From: Dehalococcoidia bacterium UBA2247
Lineage (GTDB): Bacteria; Chloroflexota; Dehalococcoidia; UBA2247
Direction: 5' to 3'
DNA length: 64,000 bases
NCBI GenBank assembly: GCA_002347295.1
Contig: DDXZ01000030.1
Span: 45,216-109,215 of the forward strand
A program made the translations under genes and the position numbers. The notes beneath the pieces are model-generated. The model worked only from the letters and a program-made list of their open reading frames with translations, searched no databases and was not told where the DNA came from. Within the stretch, counting starts at the first letter, position 1. Every line of letters begins with the position of its first letter. Below, piece after piece: positions 40,007 through 50,387 of this stretch.

Positions 40007-40024
40007 TGGTGGAGACGGGGGAGA
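40007..40024. repeat. 18-bp direct repeat copy B (tggtggagacgggggaga) with an adjacent T-loop-like GAATTGAAC
   Basis: It is identical to copy A. The minus strand reads GTTCAATTCTCCCCCGTCTCCACCA, a tRNA T-loop/acceptor/CCA-like 3' end with a degenerate T-stem. Confidence 0.6.
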
Positions 40025-40463
40025 ATTGAACTCTACCTGAAACAATCTGAAGTCATCCGTTATAATTAAATGAGCTTATAAGAAGTTGTGGAAATTGATG
40101 ACGCATTGATAAAGAAAGGCGTATCCTTCCAGTAAGAGAAAAATCCATATAAAGAATGGCGGGATAACGCCCTTTACCTGGTATTCAAGATCATACAGCG
40201 GCTAAGCCGGAACTGGAGAACTCTCAATGGTGGTGCCAATTTGATGACCCTGGTACTGGAGGGACGGGAGTTTAAAGATGGCATCCTGCAGCGAGAAAAG
40301 GTAGCCGAGCTGGCAGGGGTAAGGAGTTAATGATCAACGGTGCTGGAAGGAATTTCCACAACATTTGACAAGAGCTCTACGATTGACCATATGATATTCT
40401 TATGTTAGTATAGAAATAAATATTATGTATGATTTGGTTAGTACCTATGTATGTTAAGCTCTT

Positions 40464-41492
40464 GTGGTGCGTAAAAAAATGGTTAGAGTAGCTGTAGATA
40501 CTATGGGAGGTGATTTTGCTCCTGCAGAGATTATTAAAGGGGCGATACAGGCGGCGGGAGAAGGTATCGAAACTATTCTTGTTGGGCCTGAGACTCTTAT
40601 ACGGCAGGAGCTAAAATATTATGATATCACTAATTTATCATTACAGATAGTAAGTGCAAATGAAGTAATCCACAATAATGAATCACCAATAGTAGCGTTG
40701 CGCCAAAAACCCGAATCATCGGTGGCAGTTGCGGTAAATCTTGTTAAAAATGGCATTGCTGATGCAATGGTAAGTATGGGATCTACTGGTGCTGTGATGG
40801 CATGTGCTAAAGAAGTACTGGGTGTATTAAAAGGAATGCGGCGTCCTGTAATGGGAGGGGTACTTTTTGGCTTTGCTCCTCATACCCTGGTGTTCGATAT
40901 GGGTGCTAATGTGGATTGCAAGCCGCAACAGTTATTAGGATTTGGCGCTTTGGGTTGTGCCGTGATGAAGACAATGCATGGTATTAGTAATCCTACCGTA
41001 GGAATACTCAGTAATGGTGTAGAAGAGGGAAAAGGCAACAGATTAGTAAAAGAGACGTACCCGCTTCTGAAAAATTCTGGCATGAATTTTATTGGTAATA
41101 TAGAAGCCAGTGATATTCCTGCCGGCAGAGTAAATGTTGTGGTTTGTGACGGATTTACCGGGAATGTTCTTATTAAGATTGTAGAAAGTATGGGTTGGAT
41201 AATTGCTGAGCAGATAAGAAAAAGATTAGATGGTAAAATTGCCGAAGCGGAGATTCGCACTATAGAATCAGAATTGATTGCAGCGACTGATGTAACAAAT
41301 TGTAAAGGAGGAGGGATGCTTTATGGAGTTGATGGGGTTATAGTGAAAGGTCATGGGCGCTATAAAGCACGGGAAGTAAATAATGCAATACACTATGCTG
41401 ATATGTTAATTCAGAAAAATTTGTTACAGACAATAAAATTTGAATTGTCGAAATATGCTTCTGAGGTAGCAGATGTTATCCCGACGCAGTAA
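40464..41492 (+). CDS. plsX: phosphate acyltransferase PlsX
   Basis: 'VAVDTMGGDFAP' N-terminus and PlsX length. Confidence 0.85.
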   Translation: MVRKKMVRVAVDTMGGDFAPAEIIKGAIQAAGEGIETILVGPETLIRQELKYYDITNLSLQIVSANEVIHNNESPIVALRQKPESSVAVAVNLVKNGIADAMVSMGSTGAVMACAKEVLGVLKGMRRPVMGGVLFGFAPHTLVFDMGANVDCKPQQLLGFGALGCAVMKTMHGISNPTVGILSNGVEEGKGNRLVKETYPLLKNSGMNFIGNIEASDIPAGRVNVVVCDGFTGNVLIKIVESMGWIIAEQIRKRLDGKIAEAEIRTIESELIAATDVTNCKGGGMLYGVDGVIVKGHGRYKAREVNNAIHYADMLIQKNLLQTIKFELSKYASEVADVIPTQ

Positions 41493-41553
41493 CTCTTTTT
41501 AATAATATATTAAGTTCCATCCTAACTATCAGTTATTGATATAATAATGATAA

Positions 41554-42504
41554 ATGAGAGGTGCACTAATGGCAATGGTACAAGAACTTGACGGACAATA
41601 TCTAAGAACAGCTTTTGTGCAGGCCAAAACATATATTGAGGAGCATGTTGCTGAGTTAAATGCCCTTAATGTATATCCTGTGCCCGATGGTGATACCGGT
41701 ATTAATATGTTGTGTACTATGCGTGCAGCAGTTGAAGCTCTGGATGGAGTAACCAGCACGTCGGCTAGCGTCATTTCTGCGAAAGCAGCAAGAGGAGCTC
41801 TTTTAGGAGCGAGGGGAAATTCCGGTGTTATTCTGTCCCAGATATTAATGGGAATCGCAAAAGGAATGGAAAAGAAAGATAGATTTTCTCCTCTGGATTT
41901 TGCCAATTCCCTCCGTATTGCAACTGAAATGGCTTATAGAACGGTTACAAATCCCGTAGAAGGAACAATTCTTACAGTTATTAATGAAGTGGCGAAAGTA
42001 GCATCTCAGGTAGCAGCACGAGGACTTAGTTTTGGTAGAGTTGTCGCTGCAATAATTATTCGTGCAGAAAAGATAGTCGAAAAGACCCCGGAAATGTTGC
42101 CTGTATTAAAGGATGCAGGAGTTGTCGATGCTGGAGCAAAAGGATTGTTGTATATACTGCATGGCATGAGATGCTTTAGTGGTAATGAGTCTGACAAAAG
42201 TAAGAAATTAGATATGTCACAGCAGTCTAAAATTGTTTCGCCGGAAAATGGTTATGGTTTTGATGTTCAATTTCTGATTGAAGGTAGAAATATGCCGATT
42301 AGCGAAATGCGGGATAGAATTACAAATATGGGGGAATCGGTTTTAGTTGTAGGAGATGAAAATCTTGTCAGGGTACATATCCATACTTATAAACCGGATA
42401 TCGTACTGGAATATGCTCGTGGTTTGGGTAAACTGAAAGATATTATTGTAGATAATATGGATGAACAGGTTAATAAAAGGCAAGAAATGAGGCATGAAAG
42501 ATAG
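41554..42504 (+). CDS. DAK2 (DhaL-like) domain-containing protein
   Basis: The DAK2 motif 'PVPDGDTGINM' is present. The gene lies between plsX and fabF. Confidence 0.55.
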   Translation: MRGALMAMVQELDGQYLRTAFVQAKTYIEEHVAELNALNVYPVPDGDTGINMLCTMRAAVEALDGVTSTSASVISAKAARGALLGARGNSGVILSQILMGIAKGMEKKDRFSPLDFANSLRIATEMAYRTVTNPVEGTILTVINEVAKVASQVAARGLSFGRVVAAIIIRAEKIVEKTPEMLPVLKDAGVVDAGAKGLLYILHGMRCFSGNESDKSKKLDMSQQSKIVSPENGYGFDVQFLIEGRNMPISEMRDRITNMGESVLVVGDENLVRVHIHTYKPDIVLEYARGLGKLKDIIVDNMDEQVNKRQEMRHER

Positions 42505-42507
42505 GGT

Positions 42508-43749
42508 TTGGTAATTAGAGAAAAGGGAAGAGTAGTTATTACAGGTATGGGGTGTATCACACCCATTGGTTTAAATATTGGAGATTTCTGGAAGGGATTA
42601 TCCAGTGGAAAATCAGGTATTAAACCTATTACCAGTTTTGATGTGGAAAATTTGCCGGTTAAAGTGGCTGCTGAGGTACAGGATTTCGTAGCGGATAATT
42701 ATATTGATGCCAAAGTGGTTCGTCGTACGGGAAGATTTGTACATTTTGGTATTATTTCGGCATTAGAAGCGATAAATTCTTCGGGTTTAGACTTATCCCG
42801 GGAGGATTTACAGCGTATTGGTGTGGTAATGGGAACAATAGGAGATTTCTATCAGGCAATACCGCAAATGGATATACTTCGTGCCAGAGGTTATCGCCTG
42901 GTAGACCCATGTCTTACCACGAAAATATCCGGGCATTCCGTAGCGAGCCAAATAGGATTTTATCTGGGTGTAAAAGGACCAAATACAACGGTTAATAGCG
43001 CTTGTGCCAGTGGCTCTGACTCACTGGGAACAGCAATGTTGCATTTACGTTCCGAAAATGCAGATGTAATGCTGGCGGGTGGTACCGAGAGTCTTATTAA
43101 TCCTTTGATGGATGCCATGTTGGGGCGTATTGGAGCACTTTCTAAAGAGCCTGACCCCGGATGTGCCTGCCGGCCTTTTGATTTGAATCGTAACGGTTTT
43201 GTCACGGGGGAAGGGGCAGGAATAATGGTGCTGGAAACGTATGAACATGCTCGCAAAAGGGGTGCCCATATTCTCGCCGAGTTAGCTGGGGTGGGTTGGT
43301 CTTTTGATGCCTATAATGATTCCGCTCCGGATGCTGAAGGTCAGGCGCTGGCGATGAGGGCTGCTATTGCAGATGCTGGTATAAATACCGGTGATATCGA
43401 TTACATTAATGCTCATGGAACGTCAACTAAGCTAAATGATGCTACTGAGACAAAGGCAATAAAAATAGTATTAGGAAATCGAGCATCAGAGATCCCGATT
43501 AGTTCCAATAAATCCATGACCGGACATATTATTGGTGCAGCAGGCACTATTGAGGCAATAGCTTCTGTTCTCACTATTAATGAGGGAGTAATACCACCTA
43601 CAATCAATTATGAAATTCCAGACCCTGATTGCGATTTGGATTATGTGCCCAATGTCGCTCGGAAAGCGGAAATAAATGTTGTGCTCTCCAACTCTTTTGG
43701 TCTGGGAGGGCAGAACTGTTGTTTGGTTATCAGGCGTTTCGAAGAGTAG
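42508..43749 (+). CDS. fabF: beta-ketoacyl-ACP synthase II
   Basis: KAS fold with active-site Cys ('VNSACASGS') and His-His motifs. Confidence 0.85.
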   Translation: MVIREKGRVVITGMGCITPIGLNIGDFWKGLSSGKSGIKPITSFDVENLPVKVAAEVQDFVADNYIDAKVVRRTGRFVHFGIISALEAINSSGLDLSREDLQRIGVVMGTIGDFYQAIPQMDILRARGYRLVDPCLTTKISGHSVASQIGFYLGVKGPNTTVNSACASGSDSLGTAMLHLRSENADVMLAGGTESLINPLMDAMLGRIGALSKEPDPGCACRPFDLNRNGFVTGEGAGIMVLETYEHARKRGAHILAELAGVGWSFDAYNDSAPDAEGQALAMRAAIADAGINTGDIDYINAHGTSTKLNDATETKAIKIVLGNRASEIPISSNKSMTGHIIGAAGTIEAIASVLTINEGVIPPTINYEIPDPDCDLDYVPNVARKAEINVVLSNSFGLGGQNCCLVIRRFEE

Positions 43750-43754
43750 ATTTA

Positions 43755-45452
43755 CTAACCTTCTGTCAGTACTTCAAGTTGTTTTGCGATATCATCCGGT
43801 GCGATAAGGTGTATTTTATCAGAGCTACGCCACTTCAGTTCTATCTGATTGGCTTTTACTGTGCGTGGGCTGATAGTTAATCTAACAGGCATACCTAACA
43901 GGTCAGCATCATTGAATTTAATCCCTGCTGACTCCTGTCGGTCATCATATAGTACATCCAGACCGGCAACGATTAAGCGCTGATATAATTCTTCTGCGGC
44001 TTTCTGAACCTGCTGATCGGTTATAGTTAAAGCACACAGGTGAACTTGAAACGGAGCAATATTTATCGGCCAGATTATGCCTTTATCATCGTGGTTCTGT
44101 TCGATGATTGCTGCTAATAAACGACCTATGCCAATACCATAACATCCCATGAGTATTGGTTTACGCGTGCCATCTTTATCCAGATATTTTGCGTCAAGTT
44201 TTTCACTGAAAACAGTACCCAGTTTGAAGGTATGACCAACTTCGATACCTTTTTGAGACTGTAGCTTTTCACCGCATTTGGGACATTTATGACCTGCTTT
44301 GACAGCAGCAATATCCAAAATAGTATCGGCATGAAAGTCTCTGGGATAATTAACATTTTTAAAATGATATTCTGCTTTATTAGCACCGGCAATATAATTA
44401 TTACCTGATGTTATGGAGTCATCGGAAATGACTTTAATTCCTGATATTCCTACAGGAGATATTGCCCCAACAATAAACCCTTGAGCTATTGTTTCTTCAT
44501 CAGAAGCTAATCTTAAATTATGGCATTTCAGACTATTTTTAAGTTTTATCTCGTTAATATCAAGGTCGCCTCGTATAACTACAAGAATAATTTCGTCATC
44601 AGCAGAATAAACCAGTGTTTTTATTGTATGTTCTTTGCTAACTTTAAAGAAATCGGCAACTTCTTCAATAGTCTTTTTCCCAGGTGTAGCTATTTCTTGC
44701 AGTGGCAGAGTCTGCTCTTTACGTAATTTTAATTTTGTGCTTTCAGCTTTTTCTACATTGGCGGAATAGCCACATTCAGAACAGAAAATGATTTCATCCT
44801 CCCCTGTACTCAGAGGCAACATAAATTCATGTGAGTCCTTCCCGCCAATTGCGCCACTATCAGCTTCTACCATTGTTGTAGACAGACCACAGCACGCATA
44901 AATATGTTTATATGCTTGAACTAGAGAGTTATAACTCTTATCCAGAGATTCTTCATCTGCATCGAAGCTGTAAAGGTCCATCATATCGAATTCTCTCACA
45001 CGTATCAGACCACCTCGCGGACGGGGTTCGTCACGGAATTTAGTTTGAATCTGGTAAAGGAGAAGAGGTAAGTCGCGATAGCTACGGACATTACTGGCTA
45101 CAATAGTTGTGATTAATTCTTCATGTGTAGGTCCGAGACAAAATTCACGGTCACGGCGGTCTTTTAGAGTAAACAGATTATCACCGAATGCTGTATCACG
45201 TCCTGTCTTACGCCAAATTTCCATAGGTTGCAGAACGGACATACTAAGTTCTTGGCCGCCGATAATATCTAGCTCGTTCCGAATAACCTGGCATACCTTG
45301 TTTATTGCCCGCCATCCTAGTGGTAGATAAGCATATATGCCGGTAGCAACTTGATATATCATGCCTGTCTTGAGCATGAGTTGATGGCTTATGGTATCAG
45401 CTTCAGCAGGTACTTGTCGTGTTGTTTTTCCCAACATAGTGGATAAACGCAT
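43755..45452 (-). CDS. proS: proline--tRNA ligase (bacterial type with editing domain)
   Basis: Class II aaRS motifs, INS editing domain and anticodon-binding domain in 565 aa. Confidence 0.85.
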   Translation of the reverse strand: MRLSTMLGKTTRQVPAEADTISHQLMLKTGMIYQVATGIYAYLPLGWRAINKVCQVIRNELDIIGGQELSMSVLQPMEIWRKTGRDTAFGDNLFTLKDRRDREFCLGPTHEELITTIVASNVRSYRDLPLLLYQIQTKFRDEPRPRGGLIRVREFDMMDLYSFDADEESLDKSYNSLVQAYKHIYACCGLSTTMVEADSGAIGGKDSHEFMLPLSTGEDEIIFCSECGYSANVEKAESTKLKLRKEQTLPLQEIATPGKKTIEEVADFFKVSKEHTIKTLVYSADDEIILVVIRGDLDINEIKLKNSLKCHNLRLASDEETIAQGFIVGAISPVGISGIKVISDDSITSGNNYIAGANKAEYHFKNVNYPRDFHADTILDIAAVKAGHKCPKCGEKLQSQKGIEVGHTFKLGTVFSEKLDAKYLDKDGTRKPILMGCYGIGIGRLLAAIIEQNHDDKGIIWPINIAPFQVHLCALTITDQQVQKAAEELYQRLIVAGLDVLYDDRQESAGIKFNDADLLGMPVRLTISPRTVKANQIELKWRSSDKIHLIAPDDIAKQLEVLTEG

Positions 45453-45533
45453 ATTTTATGTCTCCTTAAATATTATACCGGAGCAGTGTTTTTGTATGAT
45501 GATATTGGCGAATTATAGTATATGAGGTAAATC

Positions 45534-46583
45534 TCAGGCAAGAGAATCTATTTCATCAAATAATCCTTGTAAAATATCTTTCTCTTCTAATGTTTGAACA
45601 ACCTTACCCTTCCTAAAAATAACCCCTTTCCCTTTACCGCAAGCTACCCCGACATCGGCTTCTTTTGCTTCTCCAGGACCATTAACAACACAGCCCATGA
45701 CGGCTATTTTCAATGGTTTATGAATATTGTGCAGTTTGTCCTGTACTTTGTCTGTTAATTCCATTAAATTGACGTCACAACGTCCACAAGTAGGACAGCT
45801 GACCAGAGTAGGACCATATTCCCTTAAGTTGAGAGTTTTAAGTATCTCATAAGCTGTTATTACTTCTTCAACGGGAGAAGAAGTAAGGGAAACACGAATT
45901 GTATCTCCGATGCCATGCTGTAATAATATTCCGATACCAACGGCACTGCGAATTTTACCGGTGACCGATGGTCCTGCTTCGGTAATTCCTAAATGAAGCG
46001 GGTATGGTATTTTGTCGGCAATCAAATTGTATGCATCTATGGTTGTTTCTACATCAAAAGCTTTGAGTGAAACTTTAATCAAATTAAAATCAAGGTTCTC
46101 CAGAAGATGTACCTGTTCAAGTGCAATTATCACCATGCGCTGAGGAAGCGGTAATTTATTAGAGGAATCGAGTGGGATACTGCCAGCGTTAATCCCTATA
46201 CGAATGGGAACATGGCGTTCTCTGGCTGATGTTACTATTGCCGTAATATGTTCTTTATTACTGATATTACCCGGGTTAAGACGTAATCCATCCGCACCAT
46301 TAGTGAGTGATTCAAGAGCGAGACGGTAATCAAAGTGAATATCTGCGATAATGGGAATTTTTGTCTTCTTTTTAATTTTGTATAGCGCTTGTGCCGCTTC
46401 CATATCCGGAATCGCAATTCTGACTATTTCACAACCATATTCTTGCAGTTGACTGATTTGTTTTACTGTTGCTGTAATATTACGTGTATCAGTTTTAGTC
46501 ATGGACTGTACGATAATTGGCGCATTACCACCAATGATAATATCACCAATACGAATAGGCTGGGAGATACGTCGTTTAATCAT
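45534..46583 (-). CDS. ispG: 4-hydroxy-3-methylbut-2-en-1-yl diphosphate synthase (flavodoxin)
   Basis: 'IGGNAPIIVQSMTKTDT' N-terminus and C-terminal Cys ligands. Confidence 0.85.
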   Translation of the reverse strand: MIKRRISQPIRIGDIIIGGNAPIIVQSMTKTDTRNITATVKQISQLQEYGCEIVRIAIPDMEAAQALYKIKKKTKIPIIADIHFDYRLALESLTNGADGLRLNPGNISNKEHITAIVTSARERHVPIRIGINAGSIPLDSSNKLPLPQRMVIIALEQVHLLENLDFNLIKVSLKAFDVETTIDAYNLIADKIPYPLHLGITEAGPSVTGKIRSAVGIGILLQHGIGDTIRVSLTSSPVEEVITAYEILKTLNLREYGPTLVSCPTCGRCDVNLMELTDKVQDKLHNIHKPLKIAVMGCVVNGPGEAKEADVGVACGKGKGVIFRKGKVVQTLEEKDILQGLFDEIDSLA

Positions 46584-46591
46584 GATATGAA

Positions 46592-47620
46592 CTAACCTCT
46601 GATGAGACGCAAAATATCGTTATACCAGACAAAGACTGTTAGAATTATTAGTAGAAATGTTCCTAAGGTGTAAATTAACTGCTCATATTTTATCGAAAGC
46701 CGTTTGCCCCGGCGTAGTATTTCAAGCAGGGCTAAAGCCATACCTGCTCCATCAAGCGGAGGGATGGGAATCAAGTTAAATAATGCCAATCCTAAACTGA
46801 TGCTACCTGCCACGCTGACAACAGAAGATGCCCCATATTTAATCATTTCTCCGGTTACTTGTGCTGCTCCAATAGGACCCATTAAGTTATCCGCAGGATT
46901 TCGTATTAATGATGATATTAAGTTTCTCATTGTTGTTGGGATATGTATAATAATATCTGCCGATTCGGAAATAGCTTCCAGAAGACTCAGACGGTATGTA
47001 GTAGTATACTCCTTTAACCAGCCTAATGTTATGCCTAGTGGTCTTTCTCCTGTTGCTGGGACCAGATTAATAGTGATAATTTCATCGGCTCGTTGTAGCG
47101 TTATTTGTGTTTCTGTTCCAGTCCGGTCTTGTATTATTTTACTGACATCGGTTAATGCCTGGACATCTTGGCCATTTATACTCAGGATTACATCTCCTTC
47201 GCGGATATCGGCTTCTGCAGCGGGATAACCTGCTGATACTTGTGTCACCTTTACCCCTTCTCCTCCCGTAATAATAGAAGTTGGCATTGTTAGAGCGGTA
47301 GTGAAGAGAATAAAGGCTAATATGATATTGAATATCAAGCCTGCGGAGTTTTCTAATAATTTGAACCAGGGATTCTTAAAATACAGGTTCCGGGGGGTAA
47401 GTTCTTCTCGGTTGGGCATTCTAACGAAAGCTCCTACCGGTATCAGGTTGACTGAATATTTCGTTTCACCATGCTGGAACGCAAAAATTTTAGGTGGAAA
47501 ACCCAGACCAAATTCATCTACTCTAACCCCGCCCAGTTTGGCAATAAGGAAGTGGCCGAATTCATGAAACAACAGCAGTGCTGATAAAATTGCAATAATG
47601 ATAATAATATTAAGAATCAT
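46592..47620 (-). CDS. rseP: RIP metalloprotease RseP (site-2 protease)
   Basis: 'HEFGHF' zinc motif, PDZ domain and C-terminal TM helices. Confidence 0.8.
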   Translation of the reverse strand: MILNIIIIIAILSALLLFHEFGHFLIAKLGGVRVDEFGLGFPPKIFAFQHGETKYSVNLIPVGAFVRMPNREELTPRNLYFKNPWFKLLENSAGLIFNIILAFILFTTALTMPTSIITGGEGVKVTQVSAGYPAAEADIREGDVILSINGQDVQALTDVSKIIQDRTGTETQITLQRADEIITINLVPATGERPLGITLGWLKEYTTTYRLSLLEAISESADIIIHIPTTMRNLISSLIRNPADNLMGPIGAAQVTGEMIKYGASSVVSVAGSISLGLALFNLIPIPPLDGAGMALALLEILRRGKRLSIKYEQLIYTLGTFLLIILTVFVWYNDILRLIRG

Positions 47621-48768
47621 TTAGATCTTCCCCACTCTCTGGCATATGCTCTTGCTTCAATATCAGCAGCCAGAATATCTTCTATAGAGGTTCCTTTTAT
47701 ATTATGATGTTTTAAAGCATATTCTATTATTTTAGCAATATCCGTGAAATTAATCATGCCGGAAAGGAATAATTCTACTGCAACTTCATCGGCCGCTGAT
47801 AGTACTGCAGGATAAGTGCCTCCCTTTTTACCAGCTTCAAGAGCAAGTTGCAGGCAGGGGAATTTATCCTTATTAACCGGATTAAAAGTTAATTGTGATG
47901 AGACCGTCCAATCTATCGACGGTAAATTCGCATGATGAGGACGTTCGGGATATAGTAGAGCATATTGTACTGGTAGTCTCATATCAGGGTAGCTTAATTG
48001 TGCCTTTGTGGAACCATCAGTAAATTCTATCATAGAATGTACAATACTTTGCGGATGAATAACGACTTGTATTTTCTCCAGAGGTACATGAAATAGCCAG
48101 TGCGCTTCCAGTATCTCCATACCTTTATTCATTAATGTTGCAGAATCAATAGTTACTTTCCTTCCCATTTTCCAGGTAGGATGTTTTAGTGCTTCAGAAA
48201 CAGTAACTGTATCCAATTGACTTTGAGTATAGTGATAAAAAGGTCCGCCGGAAGCAGTTAAGATAATTCTGGAAATAGTATTCGTTTTTTCTCCGCGCAA
48301 ACACTGCCAGATAGCGCTATGTTCACTATCGATGGGTAATATTTTTGCCTTATGCCTTCTGGCTTCAGGAATGATGATGGCTCCTCCGATTATTAAGGCT
48401 TCTTTGTTGGCAAGGGCGATTTTTTTACTCGCTTTTGCCGCAGCCAGAGTGGGCAAGAGTCCTGTTTTACCACTGGTTGCAATAACAACTATATCCACAA
48501 TCGGGAGAACCGCGATTTCTTCAAGAGTCAGCCAGGGATAGTCTTGCAGTAGATTATCGGCCGGGCGGGAATCTTTTGCCGGGCGGATATAATGAACAAT
48601 ATCGGGGTGAAATTCTCTAACCTGATTGGCTAATAACTCGATATTGAATCCGGCTGCCAGTGCAACAATATTGAATCTCTCAGGGAATGTGCGTAAGACA
48701 TCAAGAGTTTGTTGTCCTATCGAGCCAGTTGATCCCAGTACGGCAATGCGAATTTTTTCACGAGTCAT
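47617..48768 (-). CDS. dxr: 1-deoxy-D-xylulose 5-phosphate reductoisomerase
   Basis: 'IAVLGSTGSIGQQTLDV' NADPH-binding N-terminus and Dxr pattern. Confidence 0.85.
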   Translation of the reverse strand: MTREKIRIAVLGSTGSIGQQTLDVLRTFPERFNIVALAAGFNIELLANQVREFHPDIVHYIRPAKDSRPADNLLQDYPWLTLEEIAVLPIVDIVVIATSGKTGLLPTLAAAKASKKIALANKEALIIGGAIIIPEARRHKAKILPIDSEHSAIWQCLRGEKTNTISRIILTASGGPFYHYTQSQLDTVTVSEALKHPTWKMGRKVTIDSATLMNKGMEILEAHWLFHVPLEKIQVVIHPQSIVHSMIEFTDGSTKAQLSYPDMRLPVQYALLYPERPHHANLPSIDWTVSSQLTFNPVNKDKFPCLQLALEAGKKGGTYPAVLSAADEVAVELFLSGMINFTDIAKIIEYALKHHNIKGTSIEDILAADIEARAYAREWGRSK

Positions 48769-48801
48769 GACGCTTAATAGTATATTTTTATGATTGCGGC
48801 G

Positions 48802-49656
48802 TCAATGTATGTTCCAGGATACATAGTAATATATTATTAATCCGGTGAATATCATGCTGCCAATTCTATCAAGGATGCCGCCGTGTCCTGGTAATATAGT
48901 GCCTGAATCCTTCACTCTGTTAATTCGCTTAATTCGTGAACATAGTAAATCACCTAACTGCGCAAAGATACCTGTAAGACAACCCAGAATTGCGGCAGTT
49001 CCATAACCTAGGAGGGGCATGGAGGAAGACCTGTGAAAAATAAAAGCAAGGAGAATTGTGGTGCTCACTGCTGCGCAGAAACCGGCGATTGCTCCTTCCC
49101 AGGTTTTATTTGGGCTGACAGAGGGGGCTAATTTATGTTTACCACGACTTTTCCCTACGAAATAAGCAGCTGTATCACAGGCAAAAGTGGGTAGCATAGC
49201 AATTAGTATCCATTGTTTACCTGACGGATAATCTATTAACAAGACATAATGTTGCAACGCCCACCCGAGATAGAAGATGGGTATTATAGTCCAGACCCAG
49301 TGGCTAAAAAGATTATTTTTTTGAGAGCATATTATTATCGAGAGTAAAGGAACAAGTAGAGCTGCTATAGACAAAATAAGCAATAGACTAATTTCGGTGG
49401 ATGTTACATAGTAAGGAATGATGATAATCAAAGCGGTGAATAGAGTTCCTATTATAGTTAAATAATGATGCTCTGAATGAAATGACATGCGGTAAATTTC
49501 CAGAGCTCCTAATATGGCCAGAATAGTAATAAAAAAAAGGAACAAAGGATTACCGAGTTTAATAACGACCAGAATAACAAGCAGACTAGTTAATCCGGTG
49601 ATTACTCTTTTAGTTACAACACTGGTCTCATTTTTTTTGCCAGAAGTAAAATTCAT
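48802..49656 (-). CDS. cdsA: phosphatidate cytidylyltransferase
   Basis: Multi-TM protein with the C-terminal CDS signature 'KRINRVKDSGTILPGHGGILDRIGS'. Confidence 0.8.
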   Translation of the reverse strand: MNFTSGKKNETSVVTKRVITGLTSLLVILVVIKLGNPLFLFFITILAILGALEIYRMSFHSEHHYLTIIGTLFTALIIIIPYYVTSTEISLLLILSIAALLVPLLSIIICSQKNNLFSHWVWTIIPIFYLGWALQHYVLLIDYPSGKQWILIAMLPTFACDTAAYFVGKSRGKHKLAPSVSPNKTWEGAIAGFCAAVSTTILLAFIFHRSSSMPLLGYGTAAILGCLTGIFAQLGDLLCSRIKRINRVKDSGTILPGHGGILDRIGSMIFTGLIIYYYVSWNIH

Positions 49657-50384
49657 TTAGACAAGCCACCAAAACGTCTGCATCTCTGCTTATATATTTT
49701 AAATGCTTTGTTAATTTCATCTTGATTAAAATCGGGCCATAAAGTAGATGTGAAATAATATTCACTATATGCGCTTTGCCAGAGAAGAAAATTACTGATA
49801 CGCATTTCTCCTCCTGTACGGATAATAAGGTCAGGAGAAGGTATTTTATCAGTATATAAATAACTATTGAATAATTCCTCGTTAATATCCCTTGGTTTTA
49901 TTTTGTCCTGTACAATTCTTTGTGTTGCATTTATTATTTCTGCTCTTCCTCCATAATTTACAGCGATAATAAGATGCAATCCGGTATTGTTTTGAGTCAG
50001 TTCTGTTGCTGCATGAATTTTACCCTGTAATTCCTTAGGTAACTTACTGAAATCACCGATGAAATTTATTTTGACGAATTCTTTATGCAGTAAGGGAGTA
50101 TTATGGGTAATAAACTCTCCCATTAAAATAAAAATACCTTGAACTTCAATAGAAGGACGTCTCCAATTTTCTGTAGAAAATGCATATAATGTAAGATATT
50201 TCACACCATAGCTAGACATAGTCTGAATAATAGGGCGACAATTTTCTGCTCCAGCATGGTGTCCAGCAATCCGCGGAAGTTTTTGTTTTGCTGCCCAGCG
50301 GCCATTACCATCCATAATAATAGCAACATGATGAGGAATGGAATCGGAAACTGCTCTTGAAGTTGTTGAGATGTGTTCCTTCAA
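49653..50384 (-). CDS. uppS: isoprenyl transferase (undecaprenyl-diphosphate synthase)
   Basis: 'HVAIIMDGNGRWA' motif. Confidence 0.85.
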   Translation of the reverse strand: MKEHISTTSRAVSDSIPHHVAIIMDGNGRWAAKQKLPRIAGHHAGAENCRPIIQTMSSYGVKYLTLYAFSTENWRRPSIEVQGIFILMGEFITHNTPLLHKEFVKINFIGDFSKLPKELQGKIHAATELTQNNTGLHLIIAVNYGGRAEIINATQRIVQDKIKPRDINEELFNSYLYTDKIPSPDLIIRTGGEMRISNFLLWQSAYSEYYFTSTLWPDFNQDEINKAFKIYKQRCRRFGGLSK

Positions 50385-50387
50385 ATA

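Noticed and set aside
39990-40095. Complete minus-strand tRNA or tmRNA at repeat copy B
   Set aside because: The T-stem does not pair (GUAGA vs UCCCC). No 5' acceptor strand GGAGACG exists within 100 nt upstream on that strand. It is treated as a degenerate remnant only.
40130-40330. Short ORF fragments with transposase-OrfA-like HTH flavour upstream of plsX
   Set aside because: They are too short and interrupted to assign. They could be IS debris, or rpmF may be missing. Neither could be supported.
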